Part shown: positions 40,431-53,069 of the stretch, one piece after another
Numbering within the stretch: the stretch's first letter is position 1
Layout of the letters: each line of letters opens with the position of its first letter
Source of the DNA: Paecilomyces variotii
Lineage: Eukaryota
NCBI GenBank assembly: GCA_004022145.1
Contig: RCNU01000001.1
DNA length: 64,000 nt
Direction: 5' to 3' (one strand)
The notes under the pieces: generated by a model
Database searches by the model: none
What the model was told of the DNA's origin: nothing
Seen by the model: the letters and a program-made list of their open reading frames with translations, nothing else
Position numbers and translations under genes: made by a program

Positions 40431-42425
40431 ATGGCAAGATATTCTCAGCAGTCCTTCGACTTCTACAGCCAGTCGCCATCTGCTCTCGACTCAAAAGCTG
40501 CCTTCTCCGAAGAGGACGAGATGAGCGTGCTCGACGACAAGATCCTCGACTCCACCACTCCCGACATCTCACTCGCTGACCCCCGCCGAACATCATATGA
40601 CCAGGCCTCAGAGACCTTCTCACATCGAGAACCTGTCTGGTCGGATTTCCAAACTGCCTCAAATCCCCAGTCCCGTCAAGACTCCCAAATGTCGAATTCC
40701 ATCTTCGAGACGTCGAACAATCCCTTTGTGCGATTAGACGCCTCGCATCCCGCCCCAAACTATGTACAACAGACCTCATGGCCTCTCACTCGCGATTCCG
40801 GATCATGTACTCCTACCGCCCTGTACGAGCAGTTTCCCCAGGAATTTGATGGCGCTTCGTCCGCTCCCTTCGCCGGCGGCGCCGTCGGTCCCGTCTCCTC
40901 CATCAACTTCCCTCAGATGCAATATCGCCCCGGAACGGCCTTTGGCGCCCCCGGTGCTGTTGCCATGTCTCCTCAGTCCAGCCAGGGCTGGATGGCCACG
41001 ACCTCCGATGTCCAGGACCGGTCGCGACCGAACAGGAGTCCTACCTACCGCAATTCTTCTCCCCTGCACGTCCGGCGGGACGGCATCCGGAAGAAGAACG
41101 CCAGATTTGAAATCCCTGCTGAGCGTACGCTGAGCAACATCGATCAATTGATCGGCCAGTCCACCAACGAAGAAGAAATCAAAGAACTCAAGCAGCAGAA
41201 ACGCTTGTTGAGGAATCGACAGGCTGCGTATGTTTTCCTGTCCCTATATTGTCGACTATACTATATTGAGAGAACGACCCGCTGACAGATATCATTTAGG
41301 CTTGACTCCCGGCAACGCAAGAAGCTCCACACTGAAAAGCTGGAAGAGGAGAAGAAACACTTCTCTAATGTTATCAGTGAGCTTGAGGAAGCTCTGCACA
41401 GCATGAAGCTGAGGGAAGCCGAGCTCCTCCGCGAGAAGGGAGAGTGGATGACCGCCCAGCAGCAGATCAACCAGTACATTGAGAACCTGCACATGGACAA
41501 GGACGAACTTATCCGGCAACATACCTTGGAGACGGCCGAGCTCCGCAAGAAGAACAACATCCTCCGCGAGGCTGTTGAGAAACTTGAGAGCCAGGCTAGA
41601 GTCTCCAACCCAACCACCTTCACCAACGAGTTTTCCGACTTCGAGAACCTCACCATGGACAACAGCCCGTGGGAGGACTTCTCCATGGTCAACAGTCTTT
41701 CTCTTGAGACCGAGGCCGTGTCTGCTCCTGAAAACTCTATGGTCGTCGTCTCGAAGCCTGAGAAGGCCTCTGACAAGCCTTCGTCCCAGGTTGAGTATCC
41801 CTTCAGCTGGAATGCTTTCTACATGTGCCTCCTGTTTGGTGCTTTCATCGCCTCGAATAGCTCATCCCTCTCGAACCGTGCCATCCCTCAGCTCTCCGAG
41901 GAGTACCGCGCCGAGTCTGCGAACGTCCTCAAGGCTGTTCTGGCCTCCGCGCCCCCAGAGGTCATGCAGTCCAACAACAACAACAACAATGCTGCGGTTT
42001 CGGCATCAGCTACTACTGGTCTCCCTACCACCATCAGTGGTGCGGAGATGGCGCAGATGACTGGCACTGGACCAACCTCGAACCTGGATGAGCTTCACAA
42101 CACTCTCGCGATGCCTAGCAAGGAGCAGGAGCACCAACAGGTCTTTGCTCTCAATGCTGATCAATACAATTCCTTGACTACCTTTGAAGACGATGTTGAT
42201 TTCAAGCCTCAGCAACCCTCCAACCTGCAACAAGCCCTCGCTGCCATGCGAAGTAACGGGGCCAACAACAGAATGGAGACTAAGGCCACATCTGAAGTCT
42301 ACTCGAGGTCACTCCTGTGGGATCGGGTCCCTGAAAAGGTGGTCCGCGACTTCAGGAGAATGGTCAGGGAATGCGGTGCGGGCCCCATCAAAGAGGAGCA
42401 ACGGGACGACTTTTGCCAGTCGTGA
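40431..42425 (+). CDS. bZIP transcription factor with a C-terminal hydrophobic segment (probably the ada-1/Zif1-type family); exons 40431-41227, 41300-42425
   Basis: Basic region KRLLRNRQAALDSRQRKK spans a GTATGT..TAG intron, followed by a leucine zipper/coiled coil and FSWNAFYMCLLFGAFIAS. Family name is from recall and unverified. Confidence 0.9.
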
Positions 42426-44951
42426 ACAGCAGTGGATGAGTACTAGGAGTGCTTTCGCTTAGATGCACTTTCCCTTCTTCCTTTCGTCCCCAGCTGGAAC
42501 GCCCATATGTTTCTGGCTCTTTTGAAGATTCCTTTTATCGGCCTTCTTCGGATTCTAGAATTATCTGATCTGATCTGATCAGGCTAAGGCTAGGCAGGCC
42601 TAGTCAGCCCAGCATATTACGTTCTTGTGGTTTATCCCACCCACCCCTTTTTGTTACTATCTCTTTTTCTGAGATTCGATTCAGCACTACGTGCTTGAAT
42701 GATGCCTCCAGCTAGAATGGGGAAGAGGCAGAACTCAACGCATGCTTAGTTAGCTAGTGGCCCGACGCCTTCGACATTTCCTTTGTTTTATGTTCATGTC
42801 ACGTATTGCATGATGGACGGTCTGTGCGATTTAGCGAATTGTTTGATTAGCCAATTTTCCTCATTGTCATTCAGCTCTGGGAGGTGTTCTGGCGTATTTC
42901 TCTGCCTTCTTTTTATACTCATGTCGAATGGATGACATGGACAGACAGAACGGATGAAATGAACTGCTTTTTTTCTACGGGTGGCATGATATGAATTGGT
43001 AATTTGGACAGGAACTGGTTTTTGTTCTTCATTTATGCGGAAAGGGAAACGGAACAACGGAACGGTTATCGCTTCTTCTTTTTCTCCTTTTCTGGGGCAG
43101 AGTTTCTGAAGTTCTTCTTTTCATCTTCTTTTCTTTTTCCCTTCTACCCATGTGGAGCTCTTTTCTTCTGCCTTCTCGTCGACTTCGATGATCGATCGAC
43201 CTCGACCTCTTTACTTCCGACTTTCGACGCTCATTACTGAGAATATTTCCTTTTTTTTACGAATCTGATCCAACTTGGACAGTTAAGGTGTCTCTTCACC
43301 CCCTCCCTGAAATGAAGAGGGAGAAAAAGAAAGGGGGAAAGACACCTCTCCTGTTCATACCACAATCCTTGTCTTTCCTTTGTCTTTTCCTTTTTATCGA
43401 TCCTTCCTTCACTTCTCCACATGTTATTTATTCTTTAACCACATATTTACTACTTTTCCCAGATGGTGGATTGTGGATTGATTTTTGATTGATTTTTTTA
43501 TGAAGCTAGCGAGTGTTCACGATTGGCATGATTGAGATGAGATGAGAGATGATACGAATTGAACTTCTGAAATTTTTTGCTCGATTAGCCAGATCGGTGG
43601 TCTACAAGAATAGACCCTGATATGCGAGCTGGATGACGCCCACAAACAAATGAGCCCTTTCCATTTTCTTCCATTCTTACGTAGACAGTAGCAATTATTG
43701 TCATTCGTAGTATATTGTCCACACCCACGTGTTAGTTATCTTTCTCTTCCCCTGTCGAACGCACACACGTACGTACATACATACGTACATACATTAGCTG
43801 TAGAATTACGCATTTCTACTGCCTTCGTTCGAAGGCTTGCGATTCACAGTAAGTACGTTTACATGATGCATATTAATTGCATAGCCAGACTGGTTCTTGG
43901 ACGGACTCGTCGGGCAACGAACGGGCGGGGTCTTCTGCATTACAGGTCGTGGGGAGTTAATCGGGTCGTTGCGTCTTATCCTGGCTGTGCCTACTTTAAC
44001 TGGGACTGGGCCCGGGGGCGTGGCTTGGGCATGTATGTATTGATACGTACCCGGGAAGAAGGCTATTTCCTATGCAAGCATTGAATTGGGGGGGGGGGTG
44101 AGTGCAGATATGGAGAATCAGTATTAGTACCGCGAACATGATATCTAGATCTAGAAGATGCAGAAATGGTGTACAGGTGTGCAAGAATCAAAGATGTCTA
44201 TTTGTGAGATTGATTCTAATGTTGTATGACATCTCATGGGATAAGCCAGGCCACAGACAGCCTTTTTTTTGCTTTTTCCTTTCGCATGTGGATCGCTTAG
44301 ATAGAAGAGATAGATAGTGTATTTGTCAGATAGATTTGTGCTCTGTTATAGACAGTTTAGACTTCAAATTAGGCTGCAAGAATATAGCCCCGGTGATGGT
44401 TTCATAGCTCGTTCGGAGTTAATACTGCGGTCTGTAGGGACTGAGGACCGCACAGCCGCAGAAAGGAACGGAGGGTCGCGTATGTTCGCTCGAATCCAAA
44501 AAATTACGCACGCTGCCCAGAAGCCATCCAAGTGGCTGACGCCCTTCTACCAGATCTCAATCATACGGGCTTAGTGTCATATGAGATTGGGTTGGTGCCA
44601 TACGTTGAAAAGAGCAAAGATGAGGCTTCGTTGGGTCGAGGACTCAGGCACAGGAAGAGATGCCTGGTGCAGACGGCTGGTTAAGCCCATGACGCTCTCA
44701 GATACATCTTAACCGTCCATATTCGAGGACCGCTCATGACGTTCGACGGATAGTGGAGCAGACGACTCCCCGGGTGCGCCAGAGGTAGCAGGATACCCTG
44801 TTCAGTCATGCGTCTTAGTTCTTGAGGCCGAGCTGAGCTTGACCCAGGAAGCCGTGTATACGGCGATGGTTTAGCCTAAACCGTCGTTCCTTGTGATGGC
44901 TCAGCACGACTGGCGAACCAGATAAGGTGGGGTCCATCACGATCCTATATT

Positions 44952-46828
44952 TCACTTCGGATCATATTTTTCCTTCCATATCCTGGCAGTCAAGAAGATC
45001 ATACGTCAGCCTTATGCTCAAAATAAGAACGTGCGGTCTGCAGGAGGGGGTTGCCGTTGTGCATGGTTGGCCGCGGATAGAAGATTCGCATGGTGGGGGC
45101 AGTAGTCGATGTCGGGGAGAGCACACGAGAGCCTATCGACCGCATGCGCCGCATAACTTCCGAGACGCGCTTTCTGCACAGTCCGGCCGACCACGCTGAT
45201 GGATTTGGGCGACAAACAGAGCAGCATGACTGGAGTGCTCTTCAACACAGAAATCACTTACCAGGAATTGCCCACGGTCTTGCTGCCGTTCTCCTCCGCG
45301 AGTCGGTAGTATTTGGCGGCCATGTACTAAAAAAGGAAGATCACGAATCAGCACGTCACACTCTATGATGCAAGGTACCAAAACACTGAAAGTGATGCTG
45401 AGCTAGGGGAAAGAGCGTTGCTGCCCGATGAGATGAATAATGTGATCTGACAATAGCAGATAGGAGATTCCGGTTGGTAATGCTCATCTCAGGGACGCAG
45501 CAAATGGGACTTCTGAAGACCAGGCATATCCAGCACCGCGGGCTCATTTTGAAAAAGCAAGACACGAAAGCCCAGGGGGCTAGGGTCAGACTGTACCTTG
45601 TCCTTTTTCCCTCCAACGCCTTCTAGATAGCACCAGGCAGCTTCGTTCATCGCATCGGTATCGCCGAGATTGGCAGCTGTCTCATAGTACTGCCTGGCAG
45701 CAACAGGATCTTTCGCGACGCCCCAGCCATTGCGGAAGCAGTTGGCCAACTCAAATATGGCCAGAACCAGCTCTCCTTTGGCAGCACCTCCCCTCTTCAT
45801 ACCTGCTTCAAGAGCTTGCGCCTCTATCGAGGCCGAATTCGATGCCGCCGCCGAGAGATAGGTCACTGCCTTCGCAGGATCTGGCTCACATCCCCAGCCA
45901 TGTCTTCAGATAATCTCATCAGTTTCTGTGTTTCCTATGGCCTGTTCGTCTAGGAATTTCAGAGAAAATCTTACCGCAAGGCGAGACCATACAACACTTG
46001 ACTCAACGCATTATTGGCACCATCTGGATCCGCCAGCGTGCCAAACATCTGCGTCGATCTGGCCAACTCTGTGTACCAACGCAGAACTACATCAGTATAG
46101 ATATTCAGGAAGGCGTTTCGTATATCTGCGCTCACCTCCAGCCTCATGTAGTCGAATTGCTTCTTGTATGTTGACCTATATCTTCAGTTAGGAACCCACT
46201 GTGTCTCCCAGTATGCGAACAGTAATGGTTCTCGTAAACTTACATCTCCTTCCGGATCGTTGATCCTGGCAGAACTAGAACTTCTCGGTCGTCCACTGCC
46301 CGTGGATCCCTGATCTCCAAGGAAACTGGAGGAACGACTTGACGGACTCAGAGGACTCAGAGTCGGGTTTCCTTGCACCAGTATCGTCGCGCGCTTTTCC
46401 CACTGCGCCTCTCTATCCTGCTTGTCACCAACACTGGTATCGATCTGCGGAAGGTCCGCAGGAACATTGATCGATGTGGAGCTCGTACTCCGGGATCTTC
46501 TTCCATCGAGATGCAGCAGAGAAGACAATCGTCTTTCGCCTTTGGTCCTTGTAGGGGAAGCGCTAGGCGAGAGCGACGAGGACCTATTAGAGGGTCGATG
46601 AAAGATCGACAAGCGTTTCTGCGATGAGCCGTGTTTGTCTTCTCCAGAAGAATGATGGCGGTTTCTGTCGTCCTCGTCGAATGCCGGCGGTTGGATCACT
46701 TCTTGGTTGTTGGTATCGGTGCGATAGAACCGGAATTCTGGCGGAGCGCTTGGAGAAACAGGAGTCGCTGGGACGCCATTGCTGTCATTGATCTTATCTT
46801 TCTTATGGAGGACATCTCTCAACGGCAT
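44952..46828 (-). CDS. Sel1-repeat protein, Nif1/Dsf2-like, six exons
   Basis: AIRLHEAG, LYGLALRHGWGC, IFELANCFRNGWGV, AMNEAAWCYLEG, and AAKYYRLAE..GNSWIWKEKY after splicing. Confidence 0.88.
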
Positions 46829-47865
46829 GGCGGCCGGCGATCGTGGGGTGTGGGCCACAAGGACAATGCACGATTCCGCTCCGAGAAGATCTGTAAGGGG
46901 GTTGCGGGAGTGACAGTACGGTGTTCTGTTGAAGTGGAATAGATGTCAGTAAGACCTATGTGTGCTTTGGAGTAAGAGTAGGTTTATTTATTGCGATTCG
47001 GATCCAGCCTTGTTGTGGCTGTGTCGGTCGCAAAAAACGAAGCCTTTAACTCTGCTGAGTTCAGTTGTGTAGAGCAACAACAGGGTTGCTGGTTGGTGGT
47101 GGCAGGTGGTTCAGGCGTCTTGGCCACAAAACTGGCTCCGGACGTCCAAGTAATAACCTCGGGATCCAGTGCAATCTATGGGTTACAATAATTCCAAGGT
47201 TTGGAGCAGCAAATATCATGATACGGCCAACAGGATCATCCTGGAGAGTTCGGTTGAAAATACATACATTCGAGTTTCGATAATCACTCCGCAAATAACA
47301 AACTGCAGAGGACCGGTGTCGGCATTAATACCAACATTTATGGCTACGCTCAGACCATTATTGGATTTCTCCTTTGTACTACATGGACTTCTACATGGAA
47401 TCAACCCACCTGTGCACCATTCTGATAATTGAAACTGGCCTGTGAGATATTTCCGGCCACATGAATTGCAGACTTCGGTATCGGACGGCGTATGTCTCTG
47501 ATATATGCTGAAACGCACTTGGTAACCATGCAGCATGGATGGCTACGATTGATTCCTTATAGCCAGATCTGCGGTGCTAGGATAAGCTTTTGGGGTATAT
47601 GGATATTTGGAACACTCAGGAGCCCGAAGAATATTGTAGTCATAAAATATAGTTGCTTTGCATCTGAAATAATCAGTACGGTACCTGCGCATGATTACCC
47701 TTCGAAGGCAGAACGGACAATCGAGTGACTCGTCGAAATATCACAATCAATTACGAAGCACGTGGGAAGTGAAAATGGTATTGAAGTTCTAGATTGTATC
47801 ACGAAGTAAACAGCTTCTCGGTTTTGTACACGATCGCAAGGAAAAGCTAGTCATGTCGGCTGCAT

Positions 47866-48777
47866 TTACTGAGCCTTGGAGGAAACAATTCCTATACGAC
47901 TTCGTTAGCACTAATTAGTTGGATTTTCAAGGCCGTTTTACTTACTCTCAACGTCAGCAACGCTCTGCTGGAGAATCTGTTGGAGAACCTTGGGGTTCTC
48001 GAGCTCCTTCTGGATCTTGCCGATAATGGATTCGGCAAGCTCGCGCTGCTGGCGCTGTCTCACCTGTCCCTCGTAGCGGACCCACGACTCAAGGACCTGC
48101 TTGGCCTCAGCAGCAAGGGCAGTACGCTGCTCAAGCTCATAAGCCTCAGCCTCAAGGCGGGCGGTTTCCTGATCGCCCAAAGAGTCAGCACCATATCCTA
48201 GCTATAGACCTGACAAGGTAGCATACCTTGGAAACCGCAAAGAGCTGCTTGGTGATCTCAACAACTCCGCTCAGCTGCTGGACGTTGTCGATGCGCTGCT
48301 GGACTGCGTTGGTGTGGTCGGCACGGGCAGCGTTCAGAATGTCCTTCTGCTTCTGGATCTGGCCCTGAGCCCACTCCTTGTACGCGGGACCACCATACTT
48401 GGCGACACCAGTGAAGACACTGAGCAGACAGAAGGCAGCAACAGTCTCTTCGTTAAGGACGTAGAGCTCGTTGCTGATCGCGGCAATGGAGAGACCGGCA
48501 GCGGCAGAAAGGATGGCAGTCTTGGAAACAAGGGAGTTGCCAGGAAGAGCATTGAGGATCGACTCGGCCTTCTTCTTGGGGTCCTCGCTGGGGACGTTGG
48601 AGGCCGAACGGGACGCCGTGAAGTTGGCAGTGACGGCAGGGACGTTACGGGCGACAACAGCCGGTCGGAGCCGGGCAGCACCTGGATCGAGTCAGTGACC
48701 TAGGCGAGGGTATCAATTGAGCCCTAGTGAGGCTGGTGAGACATACCAATGGCGCTCTTAGCAAGACGCGAAGCCAT
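47866..48777 (-). CDS. ATP4: Mitochondrial ATP synthase subunit b (subunit 4), multi-exon
   Basis: Presequence MASRLAKSAI; KKAESILNALPGNSL, ISNELYVLNEETV, LFAVSKETARLEAEAYE, VLESWVRYEGQVRQRQQRELA. Confidence 0.95.
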
Positions 48778-49036
48778 TGTAGCGACAGTGATGTGTTGCG
48801 ACTTGATGGATGAACGGAACTGATGAGAACGAGGTCGGATGGGGGTTTCGGTGGTGCTGAAGACCCTAACCGAATATGGAATAGACCCGTGACGCGGAAA
48901 ATCAGCATAGCCGAGAGATCTCCAAAAATTCTAAGATAACCCTATCGCAGTAGGACGAGCGACCAAAAATTGTGGCCGCGGTTTCGGACGTCCAAAATCT
49001 CAGAACATACCGGAATTGATATCGTTGGAACCCATC

Positions 49037-50807
49037 ATGCCTGGCCTCGCAGACAGAGCGTCCGGCTCCAAGAAACGGAAGAAGGGCGCCAGAGAGAAGG
49101 AAGTCGCCGTGCCGTCCTCCAAACGCCGAGCTGTTGCAGAAGATGACGGCGAAGACGTTATGGAAAAGCTTCAAGAGCTCGAAGAGCAGATTGCGGAATC
49201 TCGAAAATACTACAATAACATCGCCACCCTGATATCCATGCTAAACGTGGGTGACTCCGCCGAAGAACCCGATCTAGCAGTCGCCGTATCGCTCTGTAGA
49301 GTCTTTTGCAGATTGATCGCGGGTGGAAACCTTACAGAGGTTCCACGAGCTGCCGAGCCAGAGAAGATCATTGTGGCATGGTTGAAGGAACGATGTCACG
49401 AATATCAGAAAGCGTTGTCGGTCATTCTACGCCGGGCTGATCCCTCCGCACAGGTTCGCAATGACACTTCTGCGCTTTCAAGGCTGTACTTACTGATCAC
49501 TCTTAGATCACTGCTCTCACATTAAGTATGCGACTGATAAATGAGCGCGCGACGCATATTTCGGGGACGGAAACGCAGGTCTGGACCAGTGGTTTCTTCA
49601 AGGATGTCTTCCAATCTATTGTCGAAGCTCGCGACGGGCAGGTGCTACAATCGGAATTTGTCGAAAAGTTCCTCACCCAGTATGAGGATGTGAGATACTA
49701 CGCGTTTCTTCAAATATCGTACGTTATTTCTTCCTGGTCCTATTATCTCCGTATTGCCCACTAACAGACTATAGCGAGTACGCTGAGACGAAGCGGAGCC
49801 CTGAAGTTCTTGAATTGTTAATATCCATGCTCTCAGCATACGACACTCCGCCCCAACCAGAGCACGAGTTCGAAGACTTCTACTGCAAGTCATTAAAGAA
49901 AATCAAGAACCTTGTATCTGTCAACTCTCACAAAAAGCGGGCGCAGGAAGCATGGCTAGCGGTGCTACGGAATAACATATCAGAGTCTCAGCGGAAAGGT
50001 CTTCTCCGGATTATGTCGCATACGATTGCGCCATGGTTCAACAGGCCTGAACTATTGATGGACTTCCTCACTGATTCCTACAACGTCGGCGGCTCAATGT
50101 CTCTACTCGCCCTGTCCGGTCTCTTCTACCTCATCCAAGAGAAGAATCTCGACTATCCTCAATTCTACCAGAAGCTCTACTCTCTTCTTGACGCCGATGT
50201 CCTACACTCAAAACACAGATCACGATTTTTCCGCCTGATGAATACCTTCCTCTCTTCCACCCACTTGCCAGCCACGCTTATTGCTAGTTTCATCAAGCGA
50301 CTTTCTCGACTTGCACTCAATGCGCCTCCCACAGCCATTGTCGCAATTGTTCCCTGGATATACAATCTCCTGAAAAACCACCCGACTTGCACGTTCATGC
50401 TACACCGTACCATTCGTGACGAGGAATGGAAAGCTGAACTGGAAGCTGAAGGGATGGAAGATCCGTTTGATCCAGATGAATTAGATCCCACTCTCACCAA
50501 CGCTCTCGACAGCAGTCTCTGGGAGATTGAAACCCTTCAATCCCATTATCACCCCAACGTAGCCGCCTTGGCACGTATCATATCTGAACAATTCACCAAA
50601 CAAGCCTACAACCTCGAGGACTTCCTCGACTACACTTATCAAGGCATGTTATTGGCTGAACTGGGAACCGAGGAGAAGATGAAAAAGACACCCGTCGTCG
50701 AGTACCAAATCCCAAAGCGAATTTTCACAGACCGTTTACTGGCGGAAGATGGTGGTCAAGACACTGCTCCTGGCAGGATGCTCAGAGAACTATGGGCCTT
50801 CTCATAG
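49037..50807 (+). CDS. NOC4: Nucleolar complex protein 4 (CBF/Mak21 family), three exons
   Basis: LMDFLTDSYNVGG, NLDYPQFYQKLYSLL, FLSSTHLPATLIASFIKRLSRL, SSLWEIETLQSHYHPNVA, YNLEDFLDYTY. Confidence 0.94.
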
Positions 50808-51204
50808 CTCTTTTATTCATCTTAGTTTTTTACTAGTGCATAGAATTTCATGCATATAATCTTTATCTGCTACCTAGAGACCTAGTGTCATTGTCAAACG
50901 AGTGTATTATCCTTTGGAATTACTAATGAGTGTAACTATTTCTTTCCACCTTTCTGCATATCACCAGTTGAATCGTGAAGAGCGTATGGGGCAACAGCTG
51001 ATGGTTGATCCAACTCATGCCACCATAGGACAACGTAGCCTGCCTGCACTATCATTCTGGCCTCGCAACTGAACACGCATTCCCGCCATTTCCCTTGCTG
51101 AGTAGAGAACCTCACAGCCCAAAGACAACAAGCATCCTCTACCCAATCACGCACATCACAGTTCTGGCCCATAACGCAAGCCCTTGTTGCTCGTCGTCAG
51201 CGCA

Positions 51205-52178
51205 TCAGGCCGAAGGGGGACAGCCACTACACGGAGGACAACCGAACTTATCACAGTTAGGAGGGATATAAAACTCTGGGTTTTCAGAACTATCCTCACC
51301 GCGTGCGTTAATTTCTTGAGTGTCAGAAGAAGCTCCGTCCTCGCTCAAAGCTGACTTCGTTTCCGGCGGGTAGCCAATTCCCGGTGGAGGGGAAGGCGGC
51401 CATTTGAGATGAGAGTCGGTTTGTGGGTAATTCGTAGATACTTCCTCGTCGTCGTCCCTGGTATCTAAGGAACGAGAGGAAAGTGGTGGATAGCCATGAG
51501 GAGGCCATTGAGGTGGTGGAGGACCGTAAGGAGGCCAGTGAGGATTGTAAGGAGGCCAGTAAGGAGGGGGTGGTGGGTAATTCGTAGAGACCTCCTCATC
51601 GTCGTCCCTAGTCTCTAATGAACGAGAGGAGGGTGGTGGATGGCCATGAGGAGGCCACTGATGTGGTGGAGGACCATGAGGAGGCCACTGAGGTGGTGAA
51701 GGAGGCGGCCAGTGAGGAGGTGGCGGTGGGTAATTCGTAGAGACTTCCTCGTCTTCTGAACGAGCAGCTAAAGAAGGAGGGTGAGGGTGATGGTGATGGC
51801 GATGGTGGTGCTCATCTGCCATCGGGACATCAAGTTTGGGTTTTGGACCATCTTCGTTTAATCCTAGATCTCTGTTAGCATTTTACTCCGCTTAAAGGAG
51901 GGCCACGGTAATCCGAATGATAACCAGCTACTGGGAAACGAACCTGAGCCTTCTGAATCGTCTTCCCGAACCTTCAAGGTTGGAGGATATGGAGGATGAC
52001 TGTGCTGATGGTCAGTTGGAGGCCGTGGGTGGTGTCTATGCGACTCTGAGTCCACGTCCAAAGCACCACGAGCTTCCAGTCCGTTCACGATTGGGGCGGG
52101 AGCAGCATTGGACTGAACAATCAGGCCAAGAAGCAATCCCAACAGACTTAAAAAGCTAGGTCGATTGAAGCGTGCCAT
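51205..52178 (-). CDS. Secreted Pro/His/Trp/Tyr-rich repeat protein, 297 aa, candidate processed peptide precursor; exons 52178-51944, 51863-51205
   Basis: Signal peptide MARFNRPSFLSLLGLLLGLIVQSNA; phase-1 intron GTTCGT..GCTAAC..TAG joins the two ORFs in frame; three DEEVSTNYP repeats. Confidence 0.85.
51425..51770 (-). repeat. Coding tandem repeat with a 150-153 nt period
   Basis: GGGTAATTCGTAGA recurs at 51425, 51575 and 51728, with GGAGGCCA sub-repeats. Confidence 0.9.
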
Positions 52179-53069
52179 CTTGGCACTGGAGCAGAATGTA
52201 TGTTTTTATATCGCTGTATACCTGTCTTTGCAGAATAAGAAGAGTGTCGGGTTCTGTCTGCAGGACGTCAGGGTCGATCTCTCAAATATATAGATCCAGT
52301 GGTAGCTATAGAGGGGGGGCAGAACTCTGTGCATTGGAATATGGCCTTACGCCATCGCTTACAAGCTCAAGCAGACGGTTCAACAAGCGGAGGCATGCAG
52401 TTGCATGCTCTCAAGGGACAAGGTTCCCAACGTCGAGATTGACAGTTGTAATACGTTCCGACATCGAAGTACAACGCCTTGTTCCAATGATCTTTCGACA
52501 AGGGCCAATGTGCATCCTTCATTGCGGTGTTGGTGGTCTAGACTGTGCTGTATAAGCTTTTTCTTTTGTGGGCTGATGAACTCGGTGTTACACCCTGTTT
52601 GTCTTTGTCAACGGGATCTTTGAGGATACGAAGTACTTTACACGGATGATCAAAGACAATTACGTGAAAGTTCCACAAAATGCCCATTTCTTTGTGTCTG
52701 GAGAAGTTTTTCTGCGACGATCCAGTGAGTAATCGGTATTTCTGCAGATGAATTCGTCACATATCATTTTCACTTGTTTTGGGTGTACAACAGATTTCCA
52801 GAACTACTGTACAGTCACTATTTTCGCCTAGTTCCAAATGTCGTGTTCAGCCTGGCCTATTGAGAGCGACAGCTGTAGAGACGACGACAATGCAGCATAT
52901 AGAAGGAGACATGATAAACATAATCATCTTGTTGCTTGAAAACTGTGCGGTTCTATCTAATCCGTGCGTATAAAACGAGTGCCTACCGCCTGAAACTCCA
53001 TCTATAGACAACATATAAACACAGAGACATAAAGAAAAATATACAATCACACTGAGCCCTAAGCTTCCT

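Noticed and set aside
41228-41299. Hac1-type unconventional intron in the bZIP gene
   Set aside because: The intron is an ordinary spliceosomal GTATGT..GCTGAC..TAG intron within the basic region.
51425-51770. CRISPR-like or non-coding repeat array
   Set aside because: Eukaryotic context, and the repeats are in-frame coding units with synonymous variation.
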